Positions 48,724 to 58,980 of a stretch of DNA of 64,000 bases are shown here, in pieces. The position numbers and the translations under genes are program-made. The stretch lies in the NCBI GenBank assembly GCA_037137395.1, contig JBAXKK010000002.1, forward strand, positions 43,213-107,212. The letters run 5' to 3'. Below the pieces are notes generated by a model, which saw only the letters and a list, made by a program, of their open reading frames with translations, was not told the DNA's origin and did not search any database. This stretch comes from Elusimicrobiota bacterium. Its GTDB lineage: Bacteria; Elusimicrobiota; Elusimicrobia; Elusimicrobiales; UBA9959. Within the stretch, counting starts at the first letter, position 1. Each line of letters opens with the position of its first letter.

Positions 48724-50387
48724 CGTCTTTCCCCCCGCATTGGTATTTTTACGCCGCTCTTTTCAGCGAAATCCGAGGCAAGTTTATAGCCCGCGTCGGC
48801 ATGGCGCAGCACGCCCATGGCCGGATCGTTGGTGAGCACGCGCTCTAGGCGCAGGTCCATTTCTTTCGTGCCGTCCGCAACTATCACCTGGCCCGCGTGC
48901 AGGGAGTAGCCCATCCCCACTCCGCCGCCATGGTGAAAAGAAACCCAGCTGGCGCCCGAAGCCGTGTTCACAAGAGCGTTGAGTATAGGCCAGTCGGCTA
49001 TGGCGTCGGAGCCGTCTTTCATGGCCTCGGTCTCGCGGTAGGGGCTGGCCACTGAGCCGGAGTCCAGGTGGTCGCGTCCTATAACGATCGGGGCCGAAAT
49101 TTTACCGGAGCGCACCAGCTTATTAAGCTCCATGCCGAAGAGATGCCTCTCGCCGTAGCCAAGCCAGCAGATGCGGGAAGGGTAACCCTGAAATCTTACT
49201 TTTTTTGAAGCCATGTCTATCCAGCGCTTAAGGCCCTGGTTTTTTGGGAACATGTCCAGCGCCAGTTTATCGGTTACGGCGATATCCTTAGGGTCGCCAG
49301 AAAGCGCCACCCAGCGGAACGGACCTTTTCCCTCGCAGAAAAGGTCACGGATATAGGCCGGCACAAAACCGGGGAAATCATAGGCGTTCTTAACGCCCTG
49401 CTTAAAAGCCATGGTGCGGATATTGTTGCCGTAGTCAAAAGTTACGGCGCCCGCTTTCTGCAGCGCGAGCATCGCTTCCACATGTATGGCAATTGACTCC
49501 ATAGCCAGGGCCGTATATCCTTTGGGGTCCTTGCGTCGCATTTCCACGGCGTCCTTCATGCTGAAACCCTTGGGCACATAGCCGTTAAGCGGATCATGCG
49601 CCGAGGTCTGATCCGTCAGAACGTCCACCTGAACCTTTCGCCTGACCATCTCCGGCAGAATTTCGGCGCAATTGCCCAGCAGCGCGATGGATAGGGGTTT
49701 TTTTTCTTTTATCGCTTTGCCGGCCATGGCCAAAGCCTCATCCAGCGAGGTCGCCATTACATCCACATATTTAGTATCCAGCCGCCGCCTGATCCGGGTC
49801 TCGTCAACCTCTATGATTATGGCCACGCCGTTATTCATGGTGATAGACAGCGGCTGGGCCCCGCTCATGCCGCCAAGGCCGCCTGACACCACCAACTTTC
49901 CGGTCAGGTCGCTTTTAAAATGCTTTCTGGCGCAGGCCGCGAAAGTTTCATAAGTCCCCTGAAGTATTCCCTGCGTGCCGATATAGATCCACGAGCCGGC
50001 CGTCATCTGGCCGTACATCATCAGACCTTTCTTCTCCAGCTCGTCGAAAACTTCCCAGCTTGCCCAGTTGCCCACGAGATTGGAATTAGCCAGCAGCACT
50101 CGCGGCGCGTGCTCATGCGTCCTTACCACGCCAACCGGCTTGCCGGACTGCACCAGAAGGGTCTCGTCGTTCTCCAGAGCAGTCAGCGAACTGACTATGG
50201 CCCTGTAGCAGTCCCAGTTGCGCGCCGCTTTGCCGCGACCGCCATAGACCACCAGATCCTCCGGGCGTTCGGCCACATCCGGATCCAGATTATTCATAAG
50301 CATGCGCAAAGCCGCTTCCTGCTGCCAGCCCTTACATGTGATTTTGTTGCCTCTGGGGCCCCTGATGTTTTTAACCGGTGAACTCAT
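48720..50387 (-). CDS. hutU: Urocanate hydratase
   Basis: [23 protein letters not shown] and [16 protein letters not shown]. Confidence 0.97.
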   Translation of the reverse strand: MSSPVKNIRGPRGNKITCKGWQQEAALRMLMNNLDPDVAERPEDLVVYGGRGKAARNWDCYRAIVSSLTALENDETLLVQSGKPVGVVRTHEHAPRVLLANSNLVGNWASWEVFDELEKKGLMMYGQMTAGSWIYIGTQGILQGTYETFAACARKHFKSDLTGKLVVSGGLGGMSGAQPLSITMNNGVAIIIEVDETRIRRRLDTKYVDVMATSLDEALAMAGKAIKEKKPLSIALLGNCAEILPEMVRRKVQVDVLTDQTSAHDPLNGYVPKGFSMKDAVEMRRKDPKGYTALAMESIAIHVEAMLALQKAGAVTFDYGNNIRTMAFKQGVKNAYDFPGFVPAYIRDLFCEGKGPFRWVALSGDPKDIAVTDKLALDMFPKNQGLKRWIDMASKKVRFQGYPSRICWLGYGERHLFGMELNKLVRSGKISAPIVIGRDHLDSGSVASPYRETEAMKDGSDAIADWPILNALVNTASGASWVSFHHGGGVGMGYSLHAGQVIVADGTKEMDLRLERVLTNDPAMGVLRHADAGYKLASDFAEKSGVKIPMRGERR

Positions 50388-50465
50388 ATTTCTCCCTGAA
50401 ACTGCACAATATTTATGCCTGCACTTTACACTTTTAACAACATCCCCTATCCCTTAAGGAACTAT

Positions 50466-51998
50466 CTACCAGGAACTTTTAAGTTCGCCGATTTCGTTCA
50501 GAACCGCGTCAAGGACCTCACACCGCGCAACTGCCTCGGTCATGGCGTTGTGATCCGTAAAAAGCGGGCGGTCCACTTCAAGATGCTCTACCACTTTGCG
50601 TATGGCGCCGTGCGCGGCGCGCGTGCCTTTACCTACGGCAAAGTCCCTGAAATCAACGGCCTGCGCGGCGGCTATCATTTCAATAGCCAGAACGCTTTGG
50701 GCGTTGTCCAGTATCTGCCTGGTTTTAAGCGCAGCGTTCATCCCCATGCTGACAAAATCCTCCTGGTCGGCGGCGGCGGGGATGGACTGTATGCAGGAAG
50801 GCGCGCTGAGTATGCGCTGCTCGACTATCAGCATGTCCGCGGTATACTGGCTGAGCATTAATCCTGAAAACATCCCGGCGCCTTTGGTTAAAAATGCCGG
50901 CAGCCCCACGCTTAAGGCCGGATTCAACAGACGGTTCAGCCGTCTTTCGGACAGCACGCAGACCATGGTAACGCCAGCGCCCACCATGTCAAGCGGCATA
51001 CTGACAGGCGTTCCCTGGAAATTGGCGCCGGTAAGCACCGTGTCGCTTTCCGCCAGAAAGATGGGATTGTCGGCCACGCCGTTAATTTCAATTTCAAACT
51101 GTTTGCGGGCGTAAGCGAGATGGTCCCTGAAAGCGCCTATGACCTGGGGCGTTGACCGCATGGAATACGCGTCCTGCACTTTAACCCTCAGCTTCCCGGT
51201 TACAAGATCGGAACCGGCCACCACGGAACGGATGTTGGCCGCGGAGGTTACGGCGCCTTTAAACCCTCTAAGCTCGTGAAGACGGCTGTCATACGGCTTC
51301 ATATTGGCCATAAGCGCTTCAAGCGTCATCGCCGCCGTTATTTCCGCCTGTTTAACCCAGCGCTCGGCGTCGTAAATCTCAAGACAGCCCATGCCCGTTA
51401 GCAGATTGGAGCCGTTTATGGCGGCAAGGCCGTCGCGCGCCTGTAAGCCCGGAACGGGGATGCCCGCTTTTTCCAGCGCCGCTTTGGTGGGCATGCGTTC
51501 ACCTTTATAAAAGCTTTCACCTTCCCCCATAAGAGAAAGAGCTATTTGGCTCATGGGGGCCAGATCGCCGCAGGCGCCGACGCTGCCCTTTTCGCAAACC
51601 ACCGGAGTAACTCCCTTATTAAGCATCTCGACATAGGTCAGCGTTATTTCCGGTCGGCAGCCCGAACAGCCCCTCGCATGAACATTTATACGGCCCAGCA
51701 TCGCCGCGCGCACATGCTCTATAGGGCATGGCTTTCCTATCCCGGCAGCGTGGTTATATATCAGATATCGCTGAAATTGCTTGACCTGTTCGTCATTAAG
51801 CACCATTTCCGAAAATTCGCCTATTCCCGTGTTGACGCCGTACATTATTTCATGAGCCGCGATCTTTTTCTCGATCATGCCGCGGCATTTCCTGATACGC
51901 TCAACAGCCGAAGAGCATAATTCAACTTTCTCTCCCAGCCGCGCCACTTTAACCACATCCTCAATTGTTAGGGAGCCCTCGCCCACTTTGATAGCCAT
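50466..51998 (-). CDS. hutH: Histidine ammonia-lyase (MIO tripeptide is Ala-Cys-Gly)
   Basis: YGVNTG.G, GSVGACGDLAP, INGS, QDAYSMR, DNP, NFQG and QEDFVSMG. Strong SD; next to hutU. Confidence 0.88.
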   Translation of the reverse strand: MAIKVGEGSLTIEDVVKVARLGEKVELCSSAVERIRKCRGMIEKKIAAHEIMYGVNTGIGEFSEMVLNDEQVKQFQRYLIYNHAAGIGKPCPIEHVRAAMLGRINVHARGCSGCRPEITLTYVEMLNKGVTPVVCEKGSVGACGDLAPMSQIALSLMGEGESFYKGERMPTKAALEKAGIPVPGLQARDGLAAINGSNLLTGMGCLEIYDAERWVKQAEITAAMTLEALMANMKPYDSRLHELRGFKGAVTSAANIRSVVAGSDLVTGKLRVKVQDAYSMRSTPQVIGAFRDHLAYARKQFEIEINGVADNPIFLAESDTVLTGANFQGTPVSMPLDMVGAGVTMVCVLSERRLNRLLNPALSVGLPAFLTKGAGMFSGLMLSQYTADMLIVEQRILSAPSCIQSIPAAADQEDFVSMGMNAALKTRQILDNAQSVLAIEMIAAAQAVDFRDFAVGKGTRAAHGAIRKVVEHLEVDRPLFTDHNAMTEAVARCEVLDAVLNEIGELKSSW

Positions 51999-52074
51999 AA
52001 ACACCTCCTCCTTGAATCCCGTAGTTCTCTTTTTTCACACTGCTTTGCTGTAACACTTATCTGATCTCACACTA

Positions 52075-52653
52075 TCACGCTCTTTTAAGCAGGTCCGCCA
52101 CCGTGACCGCGCCTTCTTTTCTGAACACCAGCATGAAATGCTCAAATATCTTGCGCGTCATCTCCACATCGCTGAGCGCGCGGTGCCAATTCTCGGCCGA
52201 GATATCCAGCTCTTTTGCTATGGTGCCCAGGCGGTTGTTTGTAAATATGCCAAGACTCCGGGCGATGCGCAGCGTGTCTATGACCGGCAGTTCCGGCAGC
52301 TTAAGGCCGGCGCGGACAAACTCCATTTCAATAAAAGACAGGTCGAATTCCGCGTTATGCGCCACTATGACCGAACCCTCCAACAGCGTGATCAGCCTGG
52401 GGATAAGCGCCGAAAAAGCGGGGCTGCTGCGGACCATATCGTCGGTTATACCGTGGATCTTGGAGCTTTCCGGCGGTATCGGCAGCCCCGGATTCACCAG
52501 GGAGCTGAAATGACTGACCCTGCAGTTGCCCTGAAAAGCTACCAGCGCCACTTCGCATACCCGCGAAGTCCGCGGCGAAAGCCCCGTGGTCTCCACATCA
52601 ATAAAAGTGAACACGGCGTCGTCAATGGAGCGGTGCAACACGCGCGGATTCAT
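52075..52653 (-). CDS. DEDDh 3'-5' exonuclease (DnaQ-like)
   Basis: IDVETTGL, IHGI, AHNA.FD and HRALSD. Confidence 0.92.
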   Translation of the reverse strand: MNPRVLHRSIDDAVFTFIDVETTGLSPRTSRVCEVALVAFQGNCRVSHFSSLVNPGLPIPPESSKIHGITDDMVRSSPAFSALIPRLITLLEGSVIVAHNAEFDLSFIEMEFVRAGLKLPELPVIDTLRIARSLGIFTNNRLGTIAKELDISAENWHRALSDVEMTRKIFEHFMLVFRKEGAVTVADLLKRA

Positions 52654-52665
52654 AACATTAGATCC

Positions 52666-53379
52666 TTAAAATGAACCAAAATAGATGTACCGCGCCCAGA
52701 GTCCCAATAGCGAGGTCATAACAAGACTCAGTAGAATATTGGTGAGCGACAAGTCCATAATCCGCTTCCAGCGGATATAGAAAAGCTGGACTGCCCAGGC
52801 CGCAGCGAACGGCAGCCACCACCAACCGGCCGTAAAAAAGAAGGACCACAGGACAATGCGCTCGAAAATCAGGAAGTATTTCTCGTCGGAGCTGGGGTAT
52901 TCACTGCCGAAGAGGTCTTTTTCCACAAAATAAACCATCACCGTAGTAACATGCGTGACCAGGACGAAGATAGAGGCTATCCCCACCCATTTCTCCGCCA
53001 TAAAAAAGCCGCTGCCAGTCGCGAATATAGGCGAGATCATGAAAAGGACATAGACATGCAGGAACTGATCTATAATGATGCTGACGGTGCCGTCCCGGTA
53101 GCCCAGCCGCTTCATGCCGTAGATGCGCAGTTCGTCTATGATGAAATGAAAAACCAGCATCAGGCCAAGGGCCGTCCATCCGGTCACCGCAACCGGGCCG
53201 AGAGAGAACCAGACATCGCCCAGATAATTATAAGCAAGCGCGACGGAAACGACAAAATGCGTCAGGCAGTGCAGAAGCATCCCCCCGACATGCTGGCGCT
53301 TAAGTTTGTTGACGACATTAAACTGCAGCGTAAAATCAGCCAGCAGATGAGAAAGAAGAAGTCTCCAGAATATTACCAT
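52666..53379 (-). CDS. DUF3307 membrane protein
   Basis: HLLADF.LQ, LLH..H, HFIID, DQFLH and ER motif; multiple TM helices. Confidence 0.8.
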   Translation of the reverse strand: MVIFWRLLLSHLLADFTLQFNVVNKLKRQHVGGMLLHCLTHFVVSVALAYNYLGDVWFSLGPVAVTGWTALGLMLVFHFIIDELRIYGMKRLGYRDGTVSIIIDQFLHVYVLFMISPIFATGSGFFMAEKWVGIASIFVLVTHVTTVMVYFVEKDLFGSEYPSSDEKYFLIFERIVLWSFFFTAGWWWLPFAAAWAVQLFYIRWKRIMDLSLTNILLSLVMTSLLGLWARYIYFGSF

Positions 53380-53389
53380 GATGTTTCCT

Positions 53390-55549
53390 TTACTTTGAAG
53401 TAAGGTTAAAAGTCCCGTCCCAGTCCTTGGGCGTTTCCACCGCGTATTTAGCAGCCAGATCGAGGTAGAACTTTGAAGGGCCGTCCGCGGGAGCTATGGC
53501 AAGCGCGGCTTCAAAAGCTTTTTTTGCCGGGCCGTAGGCGCCCTTAAAGAAGGCCTCATGGCCCTCGTTATACGCCGCCAGCAACTTCTGCCCTTCTTCC
53601 GTAAGTTTACCTTTGTGCGCCAGCAGTTCATAAACCTTAACCGGTATAGCCTTGCCAACCACTCTTATCTGACCTAGCAGCCTGGATTCGACAAAGTCTT
53701 TGGCCTCTTCGTAAGTGTATTCGCTCACCATTATCTTTGAGTGGAAATATTTATTGGCGCCTTCAAGACGGGAGGCGAGGTTCACAGCGTCACCCATGAC
53801 CGTATAAGATAACCGCATTTTGGAACCCATGTTGCCAACTACCATGGGGCCGGAGTTCAGGCCTATGCGGGCCGAGGGCTTGATTGAGTATTCCGTAAGC
53901 TCCTGATTTAAACGGTTTATCTCGGCCATGCAATCCACCGCCGCCAGGCAGGCGAGTTTGCGGTGGTCCTTCTGGTCCAGCGGCGCGTTCCAGAAAGCCA
54001 TCACGCAGTCGCCGATATACTTGTCCACCACGCCATCATGCCGGAGGATAACATCGGTGAGGCCTGAAAGATAATTGTTAAGCATCTTAGTTAGTTGCTC
54101 GGGCGTCATCTTTTCCGACATAGTGGTAAACCCGGCTATATCGAGAAAGAAAGCCGTCATATCGCGCTTTTCGCCGCCCAGGGAAAGTTTGGACGGATCC
54201 TTGGTGATGAGTTCGACAACCTTAGGCGACAGGTACTGCCCGAAAGTGTTCTTGATCCACTTCTTCTCCCGGCCCTCGACAAGGGCTTTATTAACTGAAA
54301 CATAAATGAACGGTATAAAAATGCCTGTCGCTATGGTCATAAAACCAAGGTCATAGAATCTGCAGAGCAGGTAATAATCAACTAGTATGAAAAAAGCCAG
54401 CAAACCAAGGGTGGAGAAAACTATACACTGCGTAGAGAACCTGCGCAGAAAGATTACCAGCCATATACAAATCGTTAGTAGTATAGCTATCAGCATCGAA
54501 CTTACCGGGCGCACAAGGTCATTATTGAGTATATTATCCGCTGCGTTGGCATGAACTTCTACCCCGGGAAGAGGTGTCATAAAAACCGAAGGATAATGGT
54601 CAAAAGCACCCATGGCGGTTGAACCGACGAATATAATGCCGCCCTTTATCGCCTCACGCTCCTCACTGGAAAGCTTGTTTTCAATTATATCAAGCACCGA
54701 AATATACCTATGGATTGAATAATTAGTGGCTTTATCTTTTGACCATCCAGGATGGGACTTTCGCGAAACCGGATACCGGAAATTTAGAGAATAAAGGCCG
54801 TCATAATCAATCCATAATTTCGGCAGCGGCGTGCCAGAATAAACGGCATATGCGGCAGCAGAAAGGCCAGGAAGACCGACAAGCCCGCACTCGGTCTTCG
54901 GGCAGGATAATTTCAACCCTGTTATGTCTGAGTATCTTAAGTCTTGATCGAACAGGTAAAGACGTCTGACTTGGCCATCAGAATCCAGTGCCTGCTCCAC
55001 ATTAGGTATAGCCACATAACGGCTGCTTTCCGCAAGACCGCTTATCGGGAGTGAGAACTTCGCATTATCCCTGTCAGTATTTACTAGGTTTATAACATTC
55101 CCGGCCTTTCTGACCGCCTCTACAAAAGCACGATCACTCTGCACATCTCTTTTGTCTGGATCAAGTATAAAAATATCCATGGCTATTACTTTGGCGCCCA
55201 ACTTATTCAAATTCTCTATCATACGAGCATAATGCTTTCGTGGGAAAGGGTAGCCTAAATTATTAAGCGTATGTTCGTCTATCGCGGCTATACTTATACG
55301 GCTATCAGCTGCTTTATTAAAGGGCCTACCGAAAGCATATGAGTAATTCTGGGGATTATCCGTTATAATTGAGGAAACGACTCCCGGAAATTTTTTCCTG
55401 AAATCACTCCATGAGTTATTAATATTCCTAAGCCAGCCACCGGTACGGATAACCCCTCCAACCACCATGCTTATAAGCATAAAAGAAGTGAACACCACAC
55501 CAAAAACAAAAATCAGCTTTGAACTTTCTTTAGCGCCATTGTTTTTCAT
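53390..55549 (-). CDS. CHASE2-domain class III adenylate/guanylate cyclase
   Basis: AIDE, PFPR, D.DG.VRR and PGVEVHAN (CHASE2); three TM helices; FLDIAGFT..SE, DKYIGD and YTVMGDAVNLASRLE. Confidence 0.93.
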   Translation of the reverse strand: MKNNGAKESSKLIFVFGVVFTSFMLISMVVGGVIRTGGWLRNINNSWSDFRKKFPGVVSSIITDNPQNYSYAFGRPFNKAADSRISIAAIDEHTLNNLGYPFPRKHYARMIENLNKLGAKVIAMDIFILDPDKRDVQSDRAFVEAVRKAGNVINLVNTDRDNAKFSLPISGLAESSRYVAIPNVEQALDSDGQVRRLYLFDQDLRYSDITGLKLSCPKTECGLVGLPGLSAAAYAVYSGTPLPKLWIDYDGLYSLNFRYPVSRKSHPGWSKDKATNYSIHRYISVLDIIENKLSSEEREAIKGGIIFVGSTAMGAFDHYPSVFMTPLPGVEVHANAADNILNNDLVRPVSSMLIAILLTICIWLVIFLRRFSTQCIVFSTLGLLAFFILVDYYLLCRFYDLGFMTIATGIFIPFIYVSVNKALVEGREKKWIKNTFGQYLSPKVVELITKDPSKLSLGGEKRDMTAFFLDIAGFTTMSEKMTPEQLTKMLNNYLSGLTDVILRHDGVVDKYIGDCVMAFWNAPLDQKDHRKLACLAAVDCMAEINRLNQELTEYSIKPSARIGLNSGPMVVGNMGSKMRLSYTVMGDAVNLASRLEGANKYFHSKIMVSEYTYEEAKDFVESRLLGQIRVVGKAIPVKVYELLAHKGKLTEEGQKLLAAYNEGHEAFFKGAYGPAKKAFEAALAIAPADGPSKFYLDLAAKYAVETPKDWDGTFNLTSK

Positions 55550-55594
55550 AAAAACCTCTCTCTCAATTGAAACAGCATTAATCTAACTGCGCCC

Positions 55595-57640
55595 TTAAGC
55601 CGGCAGCGTGAGCACGAATCTGCTGCCGCCGGACGGGACGGCTTCCGCGTGTATCTTTCCTTTATGCATCTCTACTATTTTTTTCGCGATGGCTAGCCCC
55701 AGGCCAAAGCCCTGTTCCGTGCCCTCTACCCCATTCAACTGTTTATACTTTTCAAAAATGGCTTCGCGTTGCCCTTCGGGAATACCGGGGCCGGTATCCT
55801 CAATATTAAAAACCACCAGACCAGCTTCGGCCCCGGCGCGCATTGAGACGGTGCCGCCGGAAGGCGTGAATTTATAGGCGTTCGAAAGTATATTTTCCAG
55901 CACCCGCCGAAGCAGCCGTTCGTCGCCCTTGAAGGTCAGGTTTGAAGCGGCGGCAGAATCAAGCCTGAATTTTACGCCTTTCTCATCAAACAACGCCTTG
56001 AAACTTTCAAAAACAGCGGCGGCAATTTTTTCGGCGTCTATGGGCGCGATATGCGGCTTGAGGTTGCCCGCCTCCATCCGCGCGATATCAAGAATATTTT
56101 CAAGCATCTCAAAAAGACGAGTGCTGGAATCCTTTATGTTGGAAAGGTACCCCGCATTTTTCTCGGTTGCGGCGCAGGAATGCTCCAGTAGTTTAATATA
56201 GCCCTGCATGGTCAAAAGCGGGGCGCGCAGATCATGGGCGACCGCGTGAAAAAAGTCCTCTTTCATGCGCTGCATTTCCTGTTCAAGGGTAACATCCCTT
56301 AGCACCATAAAAATGCCGGGGCTGCTGGTCTTGGGCGAAAGCACCTGCATACTCATGCGATAATATTTTTTTCGGCCGCGGGATCCGGCCAGTTCGATGA
56401 TCTCGCCGGGCGTGTTAGCTTTAAGTTTGACCAGTCCGGACACCCTGCGCCTGAGTACTTCATTTTCCGGCTCCAGCTTCTCATCCTTCTTAACGCCCAG
56501 GAGGCCGCGCGCGGCGGCGTTGGCATAGAGAAGTTCGCCTCTGAAATCGCTAAGTATGATGGAGTCGTGGATAAGACCTATAAGGAGGTCAACCTTCTGC
56601 TTCTCCTCCAGCATCTTCTCCACCTGCAGGCCGTGATACCGGTCCACCTCGGTCATCATGGCGTTGAAAGATCTTAAAAGAGCCGACATCTCGGTGATGT
56701 CCGCGTCCTCGTTTACCGGCTGCTTGAAATTCAGGTCCGCCACGCGGCGGGCGCCTTCAATAAGCCCGCTTACCGGATTTATCAGCCTCCGGCTCAGGAT
56801 GAGGGCGGAAAAATAAAACACCGTGGATATGCCCAGCAGGAAGAAAGCTATCAGGGAGGTTATGAGATTTATGCCTTTAAAAGCTTCCCAGCGGTCCTGG
56901 AGAGTCAGGGCATAAAGTTCAAAATCCGGGACTTCCGAGTAGGAGGCCAGGTAATAATTTCCTCCAGTGCCGGCAAGCTCACGGGAACTTTTGACGGTGC
57001 CGGAAAAAAGGCGCTTAAGGCCCTCGCGGCTTACTGGCTGAGTCTCGCCGCGAAGCGAGAATACCCGTCCTTCCGGGTCTGCGATGAACACGCCGCCTGT
57101 CCGCCCCATCTTCTGCATCTCAAGCTTAACCATCAAATCTCTCAGATTGATCACGGCAAAAGCGTAATGTCCGCTTTCCATGGGGTATACCAGACGGCAG
57201 ATGGGCAGGTTGTAGATAAGTTCAAACCCTCCCAGCTGGGAGTGGCCGGTTTTTGCCGCCTTTTTGAATAAAGGGTCCCGTGACAGATCCACATAGCCGA
57301 AAAGACGTTTTATTTCCGGCGTGCCCGCGCTGAACACCTGCCGTCCGTCCGGACCGGTGAAAGCCATGAACAGGAATTCCGGATTACGGGCGAGAGTTTT
57401 TTTAAGATTGGACGCGGTGATATAATCGGTACCCGGCTCCCACATGTTATAGAGCCGGCGGTCCAGCTCATCGGTCTTCTGGCTTATCATCAGCGAAGCC
57501 ATCTGTGCGATATTCTCGTGCAGGTTCTGAACATTGCTCTTAGCCACGGACTGGTAATAAAAAAGGAAACCGGCCGTCGGGATGATGGGGATCAGTCCGG
57601 TGCCAAAGATAATAAGTAATAATCGGTTAAATAAAGTCAT
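55595..57640 (-). CDS. Membrane sensor histidine kinase (Cache-HAMP-PAS-HisKA-HATPase)
   Basis: AHDLRAPL, NILSNAYKF, DTGPGI and GFGLGLAI; two TM helices. Confidence 0.92.
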   Translation of the reverse strand: MTLFNRLLLIIFGTGLIPIIPTAGFLFYYQSVAKSNVQNLHENIAQMASLMISQKTDELDRRLYNMWEPGTDYITASNLKKTLARNPEFLFMAFTGPDGRQVFSAGTPEIKRLFGYVDLSRDPLFKKAAKTGHSQLGGFELIYNLPICRLVYPMESGHYAFAVINLRDLMVKLEMQKMGRTGGVFIADPEGRVFSLRGETQPVSREGLKRLFSGTVKSSRELAGTGGNYYLASYSEVPDFELYALTLQDRWEAFKGINLITSLIAFFLLGISTVFYFSALILSRRLINPVSGLIEGARRVADLNFKQPVNEDADITEMSALLRSFNAMMTEVDRYHGLQVEKMLEEKQKVDLLIGLIHDSIILSDFRGELLYANAAARGLLGVKKDEKLEPENEVLRRRVSGLVKLKANTPGEIIELAGSRGRKKYYRMSMQVLSPKTSSPGIFMVLRDVTLEQEMQRMKEDFFHAVAHDLRAPLLTMQGYIKLLEHSCAATEKNAGYLSNIKDSSTRLFEMLENILDIARMEAGNLKPHIAPIDAEKIAAAVFESFKALFDEKGVKFRLDSAAASNLTFKGDERLLRRVLENILSNAYKFTPSGGTVSMRAGAEAGLVVFNIEDTGPGIPEGQREAIFEKYKQLNGVEGTEQGFGLGLAIAKKIVEMHKGKIHAEAVPSGGSRFVLTLPA

Positions 57641-57648
57641 AATAAAAC

Positions 57649-57745
57649 AGTGGTTAGTGATCAGTGGCGAGTAAAAAAGACAATGTTAAATATTAGTTAG
57701 CGGCAAAATTAAAATCCCTCACTAACCACTATTCACTAATCACTT
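57649..57745. repeat. Inverted heptamer arrays, AGTGRYT family
   Basis: agtggtt agtgatc agtggcg agt ... ctcactaaccactattcactaatcact. Confidence 0.8.
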
Positions 57746-58936
57746 CTTCTTGAGCGCTTCTATAAGTTTCGGCGCTATCTCGTGCGCGTCGCCGACTACT
57801 CCGTATTTAGCCACGCCAAAGATCGGGGCGTTGGGGTCCTTGTTCACGGCCACGATCACATCCGACGACTTCATACCCACGATGTGCTGCACGGCTCCAG
57901 ATATCCCGAAAGACAGATACAGCTTCGGGGAAACAGTGGCACCGCTCTGCCCCACCTGGTGCGACTTATCCTTTAAGCCCAGGTCCACGGCCGCGCGCGA
58001 CGCGCCGACCACTCCGCCCAACAGGCGGCTGAGCTCTTCAAGAACCTTAAACTTCTCTTTGGTCTTCATGCCGCGGCCGCCGGACACTATGATCTTAGCG
58101 TCCTCTATCTTCACGCCGCCCTTGTCGCGGATCAGATGCCGCTCAAGGACTTTCACGCGCCGCAGGTTTTTGTCAATCTTGATATCTTCCCTTACTGTCA
58201 TGGCGACTTTGCCATAGATGGGTTCGGCCAGTTTCATGACGTTCGGACGGACGGTAGCCATCTGGGGCCGGGAGTTGGGGCTCAGGATGTCGGCCATGAT
58301 GTTCCCCCCGAAAGCTGGACGGGATTGAAGCAGGAGGCCGTCCTTTATGGCGAGGGCCGTGCAGTCGGCCGTGAGGCCGGTGTAAAGGCAGGAAGCCACT
58401 CTGGGGGCGAGGTCGCGGCCCATTATGGTGGCGCCGTAAAGCATGGCGGCGGGCTTATGCTTGTTGACGAGGGCTATTATGGCGGTTGCGAAAATATCCG
58501 TATTGTATTCGTATAGCTCCGGGTTTTCCGCCAGGTACATTTTATCGGCGCCGTAAGCTCCAAGCTCTTTTTCAAAGCCGTAATTTTTATCGGTCAGCAG
58601 AACGGCTGACAGATCTTCGCCCAGTTCGTCGGCGAGCCTGCGTCCGACTGACAGAAGCTCAAAGGTGACCGGCTTTATCCGTGGGCGCTTCGCATCATCA
58701 GGACTCTCCATAAGTTCCACGAAAACCCACACGCCCTTGTATCCGGAAAGATCCCGAGCCGAGGCCTCTTCCCGCGTTATCTCTATCGCGCTCACCGGGC
58801 AGACCTGCACGCAGGCGCCGCACAAAGTGCAGGCTTCGTTGATGACGGCCTTTTTATCGATCAGTTGGATGGCCGCAAAAGGGCAGACCGGCACGCATTT
58901 GTTGCAGCCTATACACTTTGGCGAAACATTTATCAT
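57740..58936 (-). CDS. etfA: Electron transfer flavoprotein alpha subunit with an N-terminal 2x[4Fe-4S] ferredoxin
   Basis: CIGCNKC...CP and CTLCGAC...CP; GLTADCT, RPAFGGN, QVGQSG and GISGAVQH. Confidence 0.93.
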   Translation of the reverse strand: MINVSPKCIGCNKCVPVCPFAAIQLIDKKAVINEACTLCGACVQVCPVSAIEITREEASARDLSGYKGVWVFVELMESPDDAKRPRIKPVTFELLSVGRRLADELGEDLSAVLLTDKNYGFEKELGAYGADKMYLAENPELYEYNTDIFATAIIALVNKHKPAAMLYGATIMGRDLAPRVASCLYTGLTADCTALAIKDGLLLQSRPAFGGNIMADILSPNSRPQMATVRPNVMKLAEPIYGKVAMTVREDIKIDKNLRRVKVLERHLIRDKGGVKIEDAKIIVSGGRGMKTKEKFKVLEELSRLLGGVVGASRAAVDLGLKDKSHQVGQSGATVSPKLYLSFGISGAVQHIVGMKSSDVIVAVNKDPNAPIFGVAKYGVVGDAHEIAPKLIEALKKK

Positions 58937-58980
58937 TGTCAATCTCCTAAAAAGTTCAAAAACTATCTCCGCGGCCCGCG

